A stretch of DNA of 64,000 bases, taken from NCBI GenBank assembly GCA_907165135.1, contig OU015566.1, forward strand, positions 7,316,001 through 7,380,000. The letters run 5' to 3'. The notes under the pieces are model-generated. The model did not search any database. It was not told the origin of the DNA and saw only the letters and a list, made by a program, of their open reading frames with translations. Source of the stretch: Oikopleura dioica. Its lineage: Eukaryota > Animalia > Chordata. A program made the position numbers and the translations under genes. This document shows, one piece after another, positions 12,600 to 26,495 of the stretch (position 1 is the stretch's first letter; each line of letters begins with the position of its first letter).

Positions 12600-13761
12600 T
12601 TATGAAGGTAAATATTTAACCTAACAAAAATCGATAACTCGTGTCTGCATTAAACTTACACCACCACGATGGTGAGGGGGTCCGCCACCGCCGCCTCCTC
12701 GGCCTCCACCGGGCATCATTCCGCGGCCTCTACCAATTCCTCGGAAGGCGCCTCGACCCAAACCACGTGGCTGCTTCGATTTCTTGTCCACGTTCAGCAT
12801 CGGCGCGTTCTTCAACATGTCCGGAAGAATGGCGAAGCGCACCTAAATCAGCGTAAATTTAAAATTTAAACAAACAAAATGGCGTTTCATAATCTATTAA
12901 GAGAAAAAGAATCTAATAAGAGCGGCCCAAGATGCTTAATCTTTTTAATACACGTAAGGCTGATGATTTGTTTATAATCCGAGCCTCGGAGAGGAAGGGA
13001 TCCGACGCTCGAGCGGCGCTCTCAGACGGCCATTTCGTTAGCATTACCTGACTTCCGCGAATGAAGATGTTGCTCAAGTGTGCGCTCCGACCATCGCGAT
13101 ATGTGGCACTAACGTCGCGAAGCTTAATTTATATAAATATTGTTGTTTCATTCGGCGATAGTGGAGCGGATTTAATTAATAACTTCGTGACAATATCCAG
13201 TTATAAAGATCAAGATAACTAAACAACAACATACAGACAGATAGTGCTGTTTATAATCCCACTAATCCGAACGAAGATGAGCGAAGCGAATCTTTGTGAA
13301 AATTTATTACTGTGCCGAACTACTGCTGAAAGTCGAGAAGCCGCTTGCGCCTCCAGTTGAGAAAGAATTGAACTGACTGAATTGAATTTTTGACTGATTG
13401 TACTCGAAGCCGCAAGCGACTTCTCGATTTTCAGGAGTAGTTCGACACAGTAAAAGATTTTCGCAAAGATTCGCTTCGCTCATCTCGTTTCAGTAGCTGG
13501 TGTTATAATTTATAATTTATTTATTTTATAACTTATAAAATTGACGTCATTTAGAATTGTGATCCAAAGCGAAATTCAAAACTGGAAGTAAGTTTTCCGC
13601 AAGTTACGCTTGAGCAGGGATGGCTAACTACGTACCTGCATATTCATATTATCTTCCGCCTCGATAAGTACGCCACGGTAGAGCTCCCCGGTCGCCGATT
13701 CGACCGTCACAGTGTGGCCCTCGGCCTCGTGGAGTACCTTTACCGGAACTCCCAACGTCAT
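12600..13761 (-). CDS. SNRPD3: Small nuclear ribonucleoprotein Sm D3
   Basis: Exons 13761-13636 ([16 protein letters not shown]), 13122-13048 ([25 protein letters not shown]), 12842-12660 ([17 protein letters not shown]-rich tail); last micro-exon uncertain. Confidence 0.95.
13276..13484. mobile_element. Palindromic MITE in SNRPD3 intron 1 (contains a family A core)
   Basis: GATGAGCGAAGCGAATCTTTG...ACTGTGCCGAACTACT mirrored by AGTAGTTCGACACAGT...CAAAGATTCGCTTCGCTCATC. Confidence 0.8.
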
Positions 13762-13923
13762 CTGGGTTGACTTAGGTTTGAAACGGTTGCGATTTTGTAT
13801 CAAAAATATATATTTGGGTTGATGGTGAAAAAATACAGTATTCAAGTACAGAAAAATAAAAAAGGAGAGAGGGTAGTGGAATGATAATGAAGGTGCTTTT
13901 TTGGACAAGCTGTCGATTTTTTT

Positions 13924-16900
13924 CTAGCGTTGTTTGAGCATGTCGCAGATTTTCTTGTGTTCTGCCCAGTGTTCGATTTGACATTGGCGACGGCAGTACC
14001 AGACAGTTTTACAACTGTTGCCGGCAGTTCACAAAACGTGACAATTATCTGATCTGTTGTGGAAGGAGGTGACTCACTTCCCACCACTTGTTTTTCGCCT
14101 ATCTTTCTTTTTCATGTAGAAAAATGTAATTTCTAAATTTCTAGCGCAACGTTTTTGGAACTGTTCCTGGAGCATCGATTCTCAGATTCTGCGCCGCAAA
14201 CTTCGCACTTTGGAACCTCATTCATCAGCTAAAAACGAGCTTTGAAAAATCCAATTTTTGAAGAAAAAAATTGAACCTGTTCGAGGCGATCGATCTGCCA
14301 CATTTTGACAAGCTCCTTTGCATCGCGCTGTGTTTGCTCAAAAGAAGGCTTTGCCCAACTCGTCATGGCGGATTTGGCGAGGGAGGGGTACGCGTCTGAA
14401 TAAAGTTTAACACTTGTTACCAGAGTTGGTAAAAAAGTATACTTCACTCGCCCTTCAGAATGAAGTATACTTCATGAAGTATACTTCAGGGCGTTGCAGG
14501 GCGTTGAAGGGCGTGAAGTGTACTTCCGCCCTTCCCCTACTTCAACCGCCCTTCCGCCCTTCAACTTGGTTCTGTCGGCCATCAGAATCCATCCGCCAGA
14601 ATTTTTTCAAATTTCGCGCTCATTGGCTCTCAGGCGCCATAATTTAAATCACGCTGATTGTGGCAGATGAAGGGGCAGCTAAAGTTTTCGATAAGAACCG
14701 ATAGCTGAAGTATACTTCAGCGCGTGAAGTATACTTCAGAGCCATTTCGTACTTCACCGCCCTTCAAGAATGAAGGGCGCCCTGCAGATTTTTGAAGGGC
14801 GGGGGGAAGTATACTTTTTTCCAGCTCTGCTTGTTACTGTAATAAATGCGCATTCTACCGCCGTTTAGAGCATTTCTTGCTGATGAGGGTGAAATGAAAA
14901 AAGTCAGTATACTGACTATGAAAACTGTCTATGAAAAAATTTCAAAGTTCTGACTCAGATTTCTACACAGGTTACTGAACCGAGTCGCTAAAACACCGAC
15001 AAAACCGCAACTAACGAATCTTTGAGCTCACAAGTTGTAAGCCACGTCGTAAACCGTAGCTTGAATTTAATTAAGCTTCTTTGATATTGTATCTGTTGAA
15101 TTATTGAATTATCAACTTTGAATTGTCGCGATTTTAGACCCTCTTTGATGGCGAGAAATTTCTACAAGGCTGAGCTGATGAGCTGGCCGCTATCTAATCG
15201 CAGTGCACCAAATAGTCTCCGGACATACAAAGATAAGGGACTCGAATCTCTACTCGGGCTACTTTCTATCGTACGGGTCGGGCACAATTTGGGGAGTAAT
15301 TATAGAAAGGATCAAGCCGCACCCTTCTTTCTTTCGTAAATTTGAAAATTATCTTTTTCTAATGGAAACGGCTCCTTCTAGTAATCTGTAATCAGCGGAT
15401 CTCTTCAATTAGGGAATGTCAAAAGAGGTACAATTGGTTTAGAAATAATTACTTGCTTTAACAACAAACAGGTTATTAAAAATGTTAAAAAGAGAGATGT
15501 TTTGATGGAAACAAATGTAAACGCATCCTCGTTTGGGATCGTCTTTATTAAATTTAACCGTAAGGTGATTAAGGAGTCACCAGTGTATATCGCGAAAAAG
15601 TGGGTCGTGTCCCCTTAATTGAATCACGAATCCAATATTCGGTAAAAGAGAATTCTCACCTTTAAATTCTTGAATCATTTCATCCCTCAACTCCGGCTCG
15701 GATTCTATCAACAAGGAATAGGATTTCGCTTGATCGGGAGGAGAAACTTGCAACTGAGAAAGAACAGTATTCAAATCATTCAGCGGCGAGCAAAATTGAA
15801 GAACAGTCGGCGTCAAATATTTCTGAACTCGCATCAGGGCCGAAATATTTTGCTGGTGGAATTCGTATGAAGAAAAGTCTTTTGAAAGGGCTAAATGGTG
15901 CTTCTTGGAAGAGAAGCTGCTTTAGAAGCACTTTTGAAAACATCTCAAAAATCTCTCTCTTATCATCTTAATAGCTCCCTTCAAGTAACCACAGATAAGG
16001 GGTCAATTATTGTGGCAGAAGGGCGCGTATTATCTGAACATAGAAGATTCCTGTTCGAGGCTATTTAGCTCTGCTCCTTCGCATGTAAGTAGCTGCCGTA
16101 ATAGGAGTAAAATCCCTGTTTCATGTGGCGATAACGGATCCGTTTTCTTGTGCCACTTTTTCCAGGGTCAAAGTTATTTTCTTCAGAAACGATTGAAAGC
16201 AAAACTGCGACCCAGTCCTTTCCAGAAATATAAAACCTGTCGCTCTCGATCCAACCGCAGCCATCTTCCATCAAAGCGACCAGAAGCTGTGGAACGTTGA
16301 GTTTTCGAATAATTCTCGTGTGTGCGTCCAATGGAATTCCCTTCCCAGCTTCAGAGAGGTATCTGAGTATCGTGATGCATTTTGGACCGTATTCCAGGAA
16401 CATGGAAGTTATGAAGTTGTTGTAGATGTCGCGAGGTGTTTGATCCCTAAAAAAAGAAGTTATGAATCATAACTTATAATTTTTAAAAATTTAAAGAAGA
16501 AGTAGATAAATATTTAGGCTATGATTTTTGAACTACTTGGTATTAGCTGGAGATAGCGATCTACCGCGGTGTCTGATTGAAAAAGGTGTAAGAAAGAACG
16601 CAGATGTCCGACGAATTTGGCTTATAAGAGACGAGAGGTCTTCAATTTTCAAAGCAACTGAGAATCATAGACTATGATTTTTGAAAAAATTAAATGAACC
16701 TAGAATGAAGAAAACGTATCATTGAATTGTATTTATGCCATTTTCTGCTATGTGTCCTTCATATACGATGTCAAATCGGACCTCAGAATCAGAAGCAACC
16801 CTTGAAAACTGATCCCTTGAAAAATATTAAATGCCGAAAATCTTACCCGTCTGGTTTATCGTGTTTCACTCCATTTTGATGCTGAGCATAAAGTAATGAA

Positions 16901-17808
16901 AGCGTCCTGTAGCAATAATCAACCAAATCGACAGCTAAATCTCCAATCGTTTCAATAACTTCTGCGTTGAACGAAATCGTTTCCAGGAGATTGAGAATCA
17001 CCGCTGAAAATTTTTTAAATTTTTTGTTGATCTTTAATTATGAAAGAACAAGTCGCGCTGATTATTTTTCTCCGCCGCAAATTGCTTTTCAGAACTAATG
17101 AGAGAGAGTCAAAAATATTCGTTGAAAAACGAAGTTGCGCTTTAAAAATTTGAAAAAACGAAAACGCAAGAAATTCAATTTTTGGCGGGACGCGTTTTCG
17201 AGTTTTGAAAAATTGAATAAGAGCATAGAATAATTTTATGGGAAAAACGCTTCTATGGAATGCCCGGCGCTTGTAGAACATACCTTCGTTATACATTGAT
17301 AAATAGAACGGAATCGTGGACTTCGGGGCGAAATCCTGAATCGCGGATTCTTAGCATTCATTTTTCCAGCACAATGTCATGATTTTGAGTGAATCCTGTC
17401 CTTAGTTTTGATCATAATCGGCACCACCTTCTCGCGCCACAGTTCTGCGGCGAGCAAGTCCTTGACGAGCGTTTTGATTTCGTGCGTGACCGCAAACGCC
17501 TCGGAGATGTAATCTAAAGACATTTAATTACACCCGATTACTTATTTTCTCACTAAAATTTATGTTTACCAAATCATTCGTTGCTCACCTGAAACTTGCG
17601 CGTGAACATTGAGTTGTGCTTGCTGGTTGAGTTTGTTTAGGTATTCGTGTTGACGTTTCCATTCCTTGGAGCCGATTTTGTTCAACGGGATGTGTCTGGT
17701 AGACAATTAATCAATGTAATAACAGTCGACAAAGTGTAATTACCTTAGAGTTTTGACCATAATCTCTGCTTCTCCATGCAAAACAATATCCCCCGCTTCC
17801 TCTTCCAT
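13924..17808 (-). CDS. ZMYND10: Zinc finger MYND domain-containing protein 10 (dynein arm assembly factor)
   Basis: N-terminus MEEEAGDIVLHGEAEIMVKTLR; LEYGPKCITILRYLSE; MYND finger split over two exons: PKCEVCGAESENRCS|SCKTVWYCRRQCQIEHWAEHKKIC. Confidence 0.88.
14421..14829. mobile_element. hAT-like MITE in a ZMYND10 intron
   Basis: TIR CAGAGTTGG.AAAAAAGTATACTTC / GAAGTATACTTTTTTCCAGCTCTG; 8 bp TSD CTTGTTAC; internal GAAGTATACTTC and GGGCG repeats. Confidence 0.9.
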
Positions 17809-17893
17809 TTTCCTTTTTTCTAAAATAATTATAGGTAGTTTGATTCTTGCTTGATTCTCTTTGAAGCTGTTTTTTGAAGGCAGGAACGGTTGG

Positions 17894-18347
17894 TTATGAA
17901 AAGAAGATAGTTTCGGAATGCGGGCGGGGGCTCAAAAGACGCTCCCAGTAATTTTGCTCGGCGGCGATTTTCTCGTTGATGGCGAAATAGATCAGCCAAA
18001 TGAACAGAACGAAAAGGATGATCCAGGTTGGAAAAGCGAGAACCCAATATTTGGAGGGAAAGAAGTCGTCGAGGCCGTATTCGTCGAGGATTTTCTAAAG
18101 AAAAGTTTAGTTGACTTTAGTATTTACTGCCTTACTTATTGTCTAACGGCCTAACTTATTGTCTTGAGACCAAAGAGAGAGAGAAGTTTTCAACTGAGTA
18201 AATTTTGAATTCAATTTTAGTTACCTGTGGTACAACGGCCCAGATAACATAAGTGAGAAAATACAACCGGGCGGAGAGATACAACACAAAGCCGTAGACA
18301 CCTCTTGAAACACTCGGCCCGGGACGTCGTGGCGCTAGATTCGACAT
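17894..18347 (-). CDS. PIGP: GPI-GlcNAc transferase subunit P
   Basis: PSVSRGVYGFVLYLSARLYFLTYVIWAVVPQ|KILDEYGLDDFFPSKYWVLAFP matches the PIG-P pattern. Confidence 0.85.
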
Positions 18348-19419
18348 TTCATTACCCTCTTTCTGAAATTGAAACCGACGGTAATTCAAATTTGTATGAA
18401 AATAAATGAATTTATGACTGATATAAAAATAAAGTAAGATTTGATTGAACGATATAAGACTTAATTGAAAGAATAAAGTATTGTAACGAAGCTACAGGTT
18501 TCTTTCGCCCCAGTGATCATCAGACATGATCCTGTGACACTTGTACTGTTCATACGATGTCATGATGCTCTTCAACTCTCTCATCGCCTTCGTCCTAAAT
18601 TTCTTAGTCACAAGGAGCTCGAGACGCTCGGCCCCCAACAAAAATTAATGTGGTAAACCCATCATTTGAGACTGTGGTGGAACTAGTCAATCAAACTTTG
18701 GATAATGCCATACCCACGAGTAAAATAAGTATATTTACATGACCAATGTACCTCTCCAAGTCAGCAAAAATATCATTTATGTGATAAGGAGAGCGAATAC
18801 ATTTGATTGATAGTCACCACTATCGCTAGCCCAAAGAGGTAACGGAAAATCTGGTTATGAAAATAAATTGAATCATTTATGGCTTGTAGCCGGGGCTCTA
18901 GAAAAAGAGTGTACCGGTAGTTGTGTTCCTTGACAGGGTCGATGAGCAAAGCTTCCAGTCGCAAAGCAGCTCGCGCAGAAGTCTTTCCATACGTGCTCAA
19001 GAGATGAAAGCTGACGATTTACATAAGCGCCTCCGCCCCTAGTACCCTACTGAGTAGGGCCTACTCCACACTTATGCAATCCTCGTAGCGACATGTTAAC
19101 CCTATAGAGATATACAGTTAGAATACTTGTTGTACCAGATAAATACTTCTCGAAGTTGGGAATTCTAAAATCAATTCATTTCTTTAGAAATACACAACTG
19201 TTTCGTTGAAATCTTGTAATTAAAACATGCAACGCGTCAAAAAATACTGATATCTACTGACAGATGCTGACACTCGTCTTCTTTCCAAAGATAAAATTAC
19301 TGTCAGAAGCCTTCATATAATTTCAAGAAAGAAAAAGAATCTTTCGTCCATTTTGCGGAATAATCTGAAGAAATATCTCATTACCTCAGTAACAGTTATT
19401 CATTACGGTTCGGTAAAGA

Positions 19420-20010
19420 AAAGATAAGCGAGAAAATTTGAAGTGTGCTCCTTCCCCTTATCTTTGAAAGCAGAGAAGCACGTTGCCTGATTTTCGATCG
19501 ACTCGATCAACCCCTCCGAAATAGCCGTGTTCACCTAAAAAAGTAGTTCAAACAATGATAGATTTATTATTGAGGGTCTCAATTTGAGACTTTTACACGA
19601 ACAAGCGATGGTCCTTTATCTTGTTCTCGTGTGAGTTTGATTGATTTGAGGAGGATATCTTAGAGAGTTAACTTTCTCGTCTTAGATTCAAATATTCTAG
19701 TGACGAAAAATACGTTTATTTTACCGGCGAGCTTAAAAAACTTCTTTTTCTATAATTCAAAATTCAGACTTTATTTTCAACTCTAGTTTTCTAAGAAAAC
19801 TTTTCTTAGTCCCGTTCTTACCTTATTTCTGAGTTCAACAGTTCTATTCTGCGATTGCGCCGCCTTCAGCTGCCCGATCAATTTCTTATCATCAGTATCA
19901 GCTTTATTCTGCTGCTGGAGGAGGATTTCGCGTTGTTTCTTTTCGCGCAACTTTCGCTGCCTGACACGTTGGGCGGCTAATTCTGATCCAGTTTTTTCCT
20001 TGTCCGCCAT
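19420..20010 (-). CDS. Hypothetical basic coiled-coil protein, weakly LKAAEAR1-like
   Basis: LIGQLKAAQSQNRTVELR recalls the LKAAEAR motif; downstream exons not resolved. Confidence 0.3.
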
Positions 20011-20304
20011 CTGCGAATTTCAGTTCTGATAGAATTACAGAATTTATTATTCAACGCTTATTTTCATTTTACAAAATAGAAAAGGTCAAGATACACCAGT
20101 GTCTTTTTGTTTGTCGATTTTATTGTTTCTCGATTAAATTAATATTTTTATATCTTTTTTGTTGAAGAAAGTACAGATAGAAAGAGCAATATGGGCGGCA
20201 AGATAGTGGGTTTGAAAATATATCTACATGCGCCAGTAAACTACATTTGTGGCACTAGAAAGTGTGAACGTATCATGGAATAGTGGTAAAGCGGATAGAA
20301 GATT

Positions 20305-23300
20305 CTAGTAATCTTTTGGCAATGGAGCGGGCTTCATTTCGGAGAGCTCGTTCGGTGAGGAAGATGAGTCTTGATCGTAGTCTTTAGGAGGCGCCGGCGG
20401 AGCTGGTGGCGGTCGTTTTTGTTTTGGAATAGCTGAAGGCTCAGAAACTGGGTCACCCCAGTTGACTGCGAAGGGGTCGCATTGAGGCTGCGAAATTGGA
20501 GCTGGATTTGGCGGCTTCGATTCTTTCGTTGTTTTCTTCGTTGTTTTCAGCTCTTTTAAATAAACAGGTTTCACTTTTTCGGCTGTTTTAGGCGCCTTGG
20601 AAAAAGCAGTATTTTGATTGTCGTTTGGATTATCGCCCCATTGATTGAAAATATCGTGCGTTCCGGACGAAGATGCGGCGGTTTTATTCCGGTTTAGGTT
20701 TTGAGAAGCTTCCTGCTTTTGTCTCGCTGCTCTTGCACGTGCGGCAGCAGATTTTCCAGGGCACGGTCTTGAATTAATGATAAGAAAGGGTACTAGAGGA
20801 TGAAAAATTAATTGAAGAGAATGAGATGAAATGCGAATGAATGGAATAACTTACTGATAATAGCATATTTCCGAAATGTTGCGCCCAAAGTGGAATTTGT
20901 AAACAACAAGGCCAATAATTGCCAGTAGAAATAGCAGGCCGAATACCACGCTGTAAGAGACCATGTTCTCGTCCAACACTAAAGCAGGTATCAATCAAAC
21001 CGAATTCCGAAGAAAATATGAGTCGCTTACCGTGTCGTATCATGGGCCCAGAATCGACGGAGCCCCCATAGCCTCTCTGCGAGCAAGTTCTGCCGCCGTA
21101 GCCGACGTTGCAGTGGCAGTTCCCACGAGAATTGCAAATACCCTTGCCGTTGCAGTTCTCTGGGCACGGCTTGAAGTCCTCGTTCGTTTCTCGCATGTCT
21201 GCCCTGGAAGAGAATTAGGATAGGGCCCGATTCTTTCGACTTACAAAGGAACGCATTCAGAAAAAGACTCGTAGGTATGCCAAATATTCTCCTGCTGAGA
21301 AGAACAGATGCTCTCTTCTCCACATGGTGTTCCTTGAGGAATTCTATCGCTGTACCAGAGCATTTCGCTCCCCGCCAGGTCTCTTGACCCTCTCCAGTCG
21401 ACATATTTACAGTTAGCGCCTTCTACAGATCGTGAACGAACATCAACGTCGCGGAATTCTTCCTGCTGCAAAGTCGCTAGAATTAAAAATGTGAAAATGT
21501 AGATGTTGGAAGATTTTGGTTTGTTTAGGGTGGCATCGTGGAAGTATACCTCAAAATATACCACAAAAATGAGCATTAGTTTAACATGCCACAAAAGTAC
21601 GTTTTTTGTTTACATTCAATTCGGTACCTGAACCGTGTTCACATTGGATCTTTCCACAGAGATAATCGCTCGGCGCTTTGCAGTCGTAGTAGTTTTCAGA
21701 CCGACTAAATTCAAATATGAAAAGACTTATCTAAACTATTGACCATTTCAATAGAGCTTTGCAGTAAACATATGCTCTACAAAATTTTTTTCCACAAAAA
21801 ATAATCTTAATTAGGCATCAAAGTTTGATGACCAAAGACGGCTGATTTCTTTCATTTATTATCTAAAGAGATCAAAAACGCCGGACATCTATCGCGGAAA
21901 TTAACTGCAGCTGTTCAAAACGACATCTATCATATTTTACCAGTATATAACTCGGATGAAGATTTCAAATCGAAAAATAGTTTTTTTTTATACAAAATAA
22001 TGATTTTAAATTTCTTTTTCTAAAATGACGCATTTATAGAAACGAAATCCCTTTAGATGGCACTTTCTGCTGTGTAGAGAGAATTTTTATCTATCTATTA
22101 ATTAGAGAAAAAAACAGTGCGGGAGACAACCCTGATTTTTGCACCAAACTATCAACAAAAGACTTTACATTCCGAATTTTTTAATTTTAATTTCTTTATG
22201 TTCTAATAAATACAAAAAAAAATAAAAATTCAAAACTTACAATATGCCCGGTTTGTACATCTCTCCACAGTTTCCACTATAATCGCCTCTTGTTCGATTA
22301 TTCGCCTTTTCCATGCAAACTTCATTGACTTCAGCTTTTTCGCCAAAGAATTTCTTGCACTGATCTGATCGTTTTCTACATTGTCCGGAGAAGCAGCGTC
22401 CTTCTTCCTCACACTTCTCTCCGTTTCTCGTCCAGACATTTTGAGGGCAGTATGGGTAGATTCCGTCGCAGTATTCTGGCAAATCGCAGCTATTTTGCTC
22501 TGCTCGGCAGATTGATCCAGCTTTTCGTAATTTGCAATCTTTGCAGCAAGGGCCATTCGTATCTTGAAAAATGCATTGCATTTTGACTTTCGTTGCAAAT
22601 TTCAGCTCCCTTACCAGAACATTCCTTTCCTTCGTGGTACATGCATGTTCTGTGGTTGCAGCATTTTTTGCATTCGTCAGATGGGCTTTCCCCGCAGTCG
22701 CACTCTTCCTCCCGCTCAACCAAACCGTTTCCGCAGTTTTTCGCGCCGTAAAGAAGCTTCTTTTCAGGAATATCTTGAAGGCATAGCTCGTCCTTTTTGT
22801 CATTCAAAGCGGTTATCGACGCTGGCGACCAGATGGAGATTTTCGTCGAGAGGGAGTAGCTAAAATTTTCGTAGAAAAGAAAAAAGAGGAAGAAAATGCA
22901 CCTAGGAGCCATGATACACTTTTGACCGATCGGACACTCTTTGTCTTTGATGTGGTTGAGTCCCAAATTGTGTCCCATTTCGTGCGCCATCGTCGTCGCC
23001 AATCCTACAACTTCGCTCGCATGATCTTCATTGACCCCAATAGAGCTCCCTCCGCGGCAAATCGTCCCTACCCAGGCTTTTCCGATGGTCCCGGTGTCCT
23101 CAAAAGTTCCTTTGGCGACGATCAATTGGGAGTTGTCGACTCGTTTCCATCGCTCTTTCAATCCCTGGCTTGGATTTGAACTGAAAGAATTGGTCTTGCA
23201 AGAAGAAATTGCCGATTTCTCACCGATATTTCTGAAAGCTGCTTAGAATTGTGCCGGATTGCTTGTTGACAAGAGCAATTTCATCTTTTTCTTTCCACAG

Positions 23301-24001
23301 AATAATATCGAGCAATGCCACTCGGAAGCCAGCTTCTTTGTAGAAATTGTCAATGATGTTGTGCGCGGATTCGTATCGCTTGAGAACTGGGCGGTATCGA
23401 GCATCCGAATCCGTTGCGTTGTCTTTCTCATGCTCCTAAAATCACGTGTGAATAAGTGCTCTTGAACGTCTTGCCGATTCTCACCAGGACGAGTGATTGG
23501 GCGACCACCATGATGAGTTCAATAAATTTTATCGTATCATCTTCTTCTGCTGCTCGTCTTTTTCGAAGATTCGCATGATTGTTGCTAGAGTCGAATTTCA
23601 GCTTTTTCCCGTCGTTTTTGAGGAATTGTAGTGTTTTGGAACATTCGTGGTGGAACTCGTAAGGGAATTTTCGATAGTTAGACAGGTGGGCAGTGGAGTT
23701 GATCGTAAAAGAAGAGTCGTGGAAAGAGTAGTAGCCATCTATCGAGCCGTCGATGTCAAGTGAGAGAGCTCCGGTGATGTTCGTCGCTGAAAGGGATGAA
23801 TTGAACAGAAATAATGTCTATTTTACCTGTGTCGATGAAATAATGGCACAGGCCGATAGACGATCCAGCCAATTTGTTCAATTTCAGCCTCAGCTCTGGT
23901 ATCCGTTCGCTTTTGTTCTCCGGTATCTTGAATTTTTCTCGACATTCTTCATACGCTAAAACAGTTCCCAAAAGCAAGAATCTTCCCCAAGTCGCTTTCA
24001 T
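20305..24001 (-). CDS. ADAM family metalloprotease-disintegrin
   Basis: Signal peptide MKATWGRFLLLGTVLA; HEMGHNLGLNH and Met-turn CIMAP; disintegrin CGNGLVEREEECDCG; Cys-rich and EGF (CNGKGICNSRGNCHC) domains; hydrophobic segment; Pro-rich tail. Confidence 0.93.
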
Positions 24002-24932
24002 CCTCGATTCCTCGTTTTTTCTACGCGATTCTATCTCTTTCTCCTCTCGATTTCATGAGTCTGAAAAACGGTATAATTTGAAAGGTGAAAAGTATCAAAA
24101 AATAAGCCGCGGGAAAACTCTGTCAATTTGCGGGTTTCCGCAATTTTCTGAACAATAATAAAATGAAAGAGACCCTTGAGGCTTTCGGCCGAATCCGGGA
24201 TTGGAGAAAACAGAATCCAGACGGATGCGATATTGCTCTTTTTGATTAATAAATGATTAACAGACACGAGTCTTGAGGGGAGGTGATTTATTGCAAAACG
24301 GGCTGAATTATCGAAAAGAAGATAAGATTCTTCAAAAGCTGATTTATACTAGTCAAGGGTTATTCTCTCTGACGCCCAAATTGAAATCTTTTCTCTTTGA
24401 AAAAAGGAAGGAAAATGGCTAATTGGTAATTAATAAATTGGGTTAACCAGATGATCATAAAAAGGATTATTTGAAGCGGCGAATGATTCAATCGATTTTT
24501 GTTTTCTCTTTGTTATTTTCTGCTTGAAAAATGCTCATTTTTCCCTATTTGAAGCCCTAATGAAAAGTTTTCTCTAGATTCTTCAGTCAGAAAGGAAATC
24601 CCTCGCGGGCGCCAATCAGCGCGCGCCGAAAAACTCATTCTCACAGAAACTGAAGAAACTGCTTCGTTGTTTTTTCAATTTATTTTGTTCTCAGAGAAAA
24701 ATACTGTCAGCCTACGTGTGATTCAGTAAGGTTTTGGCTTCGTGCTGCTGCTTCGACGCATTTTCGACTTCGTTTGTGACTTTTTTCTGTTTCTGGAGTT
24801 TTTGATATTTGAAAATGGAAAATTCTAGATGCTTTTATGAATTTTCATTTTACTGAAGCTACTGTTATTTTAGTTTGAAACGAGAGTTTCCAAAACTGAA
24901 AAAAGAAGAGAAAAAACTTTTTTGTTTCAGAG

Positions 24933-25961
24933 ATGTCTTCGAAAAAGCAAGTTTTCGACGAGGCAGTAAAACTGTACCAAGAACTGTCGCAAGAATTCAA
25001 AGGCAAAAGCGGCCAGCCAAATCTCGAGCAATGCGGAAATATTCTTTCAAAGCTGAAAATTCTCCTCACTAAACTCACCTTTCTCCCGGCAGAAGAAACT
25101 TCAAACGCTCAAAAGGTAAGTTTCCTCCCTCTTTTGAATCCTCCAATATTTTTTTTAGGAATTAACCCTGGCCCGCGATGTGATCGAACTGGGAGCGCTG
25201 TACTCCGTCGCAACTCGTGATATTCCCGCTTTCAAGAAATACATGCAGCAATTGAAGGCCTACTACTTCGACTACAAAGACATGCCCAAGTCCTACTTTC
25301 GCAGCCAGCTCTTGGGACTCAACCTTCTCTGGTAACCACTCACTATCTTCTTCTTCCTCCAGCTTATTCTCGTTTCTAGCCTTTTGGCTCAAAACAACGT
25401 AGCTGAGTTCCATACTGAAATCGAGCGTCTGACATATGATGAAATGCAAAATGATCTGTACATCAAGCACCCGATCAAGATTGAACAGTATTTGATGGAA
25501 GGCAACTACAATAAGGTACAGTAACAGCCACTTTCAACCTCATTTGGGTCCTCAACTCAAGAAACCCCGATTATCGAACCAAAAAGCCCGATTTATGGTC
25601 ATATTATAGCTTTTCCTTGCTAAATCGAACATCCCGTCTGAGTCGTACAGCTACTTCATCGAAATCCTGTTGATCACAGTCCGAGAAGAAATCGCCTCTT
25701 GTCTCGAAAAGGCCTACAAAGACATGTCTACAAACGAAACTCAGAGACTCCTTCATTTGGCCTCTGAAAAGCAGCTTCAGGTACCCCCTTCCCTTTACCG
25801 ATTTAATATCAAAAATTCAGGAATTCGCGGGAGAGCGAAACTGGGATATGGACGCAAAACTCGTGACGTTCCCACGTGAAGAAGTAAAGGACAGCATCCC
25901 GGCCAAGGACATGACGAAAATGATGCTCGACTACGCCTGCGAGTTGGAAATGATCATCTAA
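24933..25961 (+). CDS. PSMD8: 26S proteasome regulatory subunit Rpn12
   Basis: [46 protein letters not shown]-terminal YACELEMII. Confidence 0.93.
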
Positions 25962-26011
25962 TAGTTATTTTTACATTTTCGTTCACTGCACCAGTTATTA
26001 ATACATGTATC

Positions 26012-26495
26012 TCACGGCAAATAAAAATGATAGTTGAAAAATTTTAACCCAAAAGCGTTACAAAGCCATTTCCTTGGATTTTTGACTCGCATCGCTGAAG
26101 CGCTCGTAGCTTTTTTGAGTATTGGAGTCAGCATTGGTCGTCAAAGTCCAGGAATCTGAGGATCCGTACATTGTTCCAAGGTCAGATGTTTGAGGTGGGA
26201 GCTCTACTTCTTCGTCTTTTACTAGCGACAGTTAGTCACGTGATTCTCACTTCTCGCTTACCTGGTTCTACCATCGATTCGATCTTAGCCTTGAGCTCTT
26301 TATTTTCCTTGACAAGAGCGTCTCGTTGTCTCTCCATGATTTTCCGGGATTGTTTCAGATACTCGACTTTATTCGATTCATAATTATAAAATTCACAAAT
26401 AGACTCCTACCTCGCTGCTTGAGATATTGACGATCAAGCCTTTTCTTCTCCTTTTCAAGCTGAGTTGATTCAGCTGAAATATATTCTTTGCTCAT
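26012..26495 (-). CDS. Small coiled-coil protein of unknown function
   Basis: Three GT-AG exons join in frame: MSKEYISAESTQLEKEKKRLDRQYLKQR|VEYLKQSRKIMERQRDALVKENKELKAKIESMVEP|VKDEEVELPP. Confidence 0.5.

Noticed and set aside
12950-13045. Possible intronic snoRNA in SNRPD3
   Set aside because: The C-box-like TGATGA is on the non-transcribed strand, and the start resembles the neighbouring MITE flank
14413-14837. hAT MITE as a third exonic insertion
   Set aside because: The acceptor TTATTCAG at 14396 gives the expected spacing to the homologue, placing the element in the intron
15540-15660. ZMYND10 apparently ending at 15577 without its MYND finger, followed by AATAAA
   Set aside because: MYND exons were found further on (14395-14275, ~14230-14167, 14014-13924); this stretch is intronic
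18430-19150. Possible retroelement or env fragment
   Set aside because: No diagnostic motif, terminal repeat or long ORF
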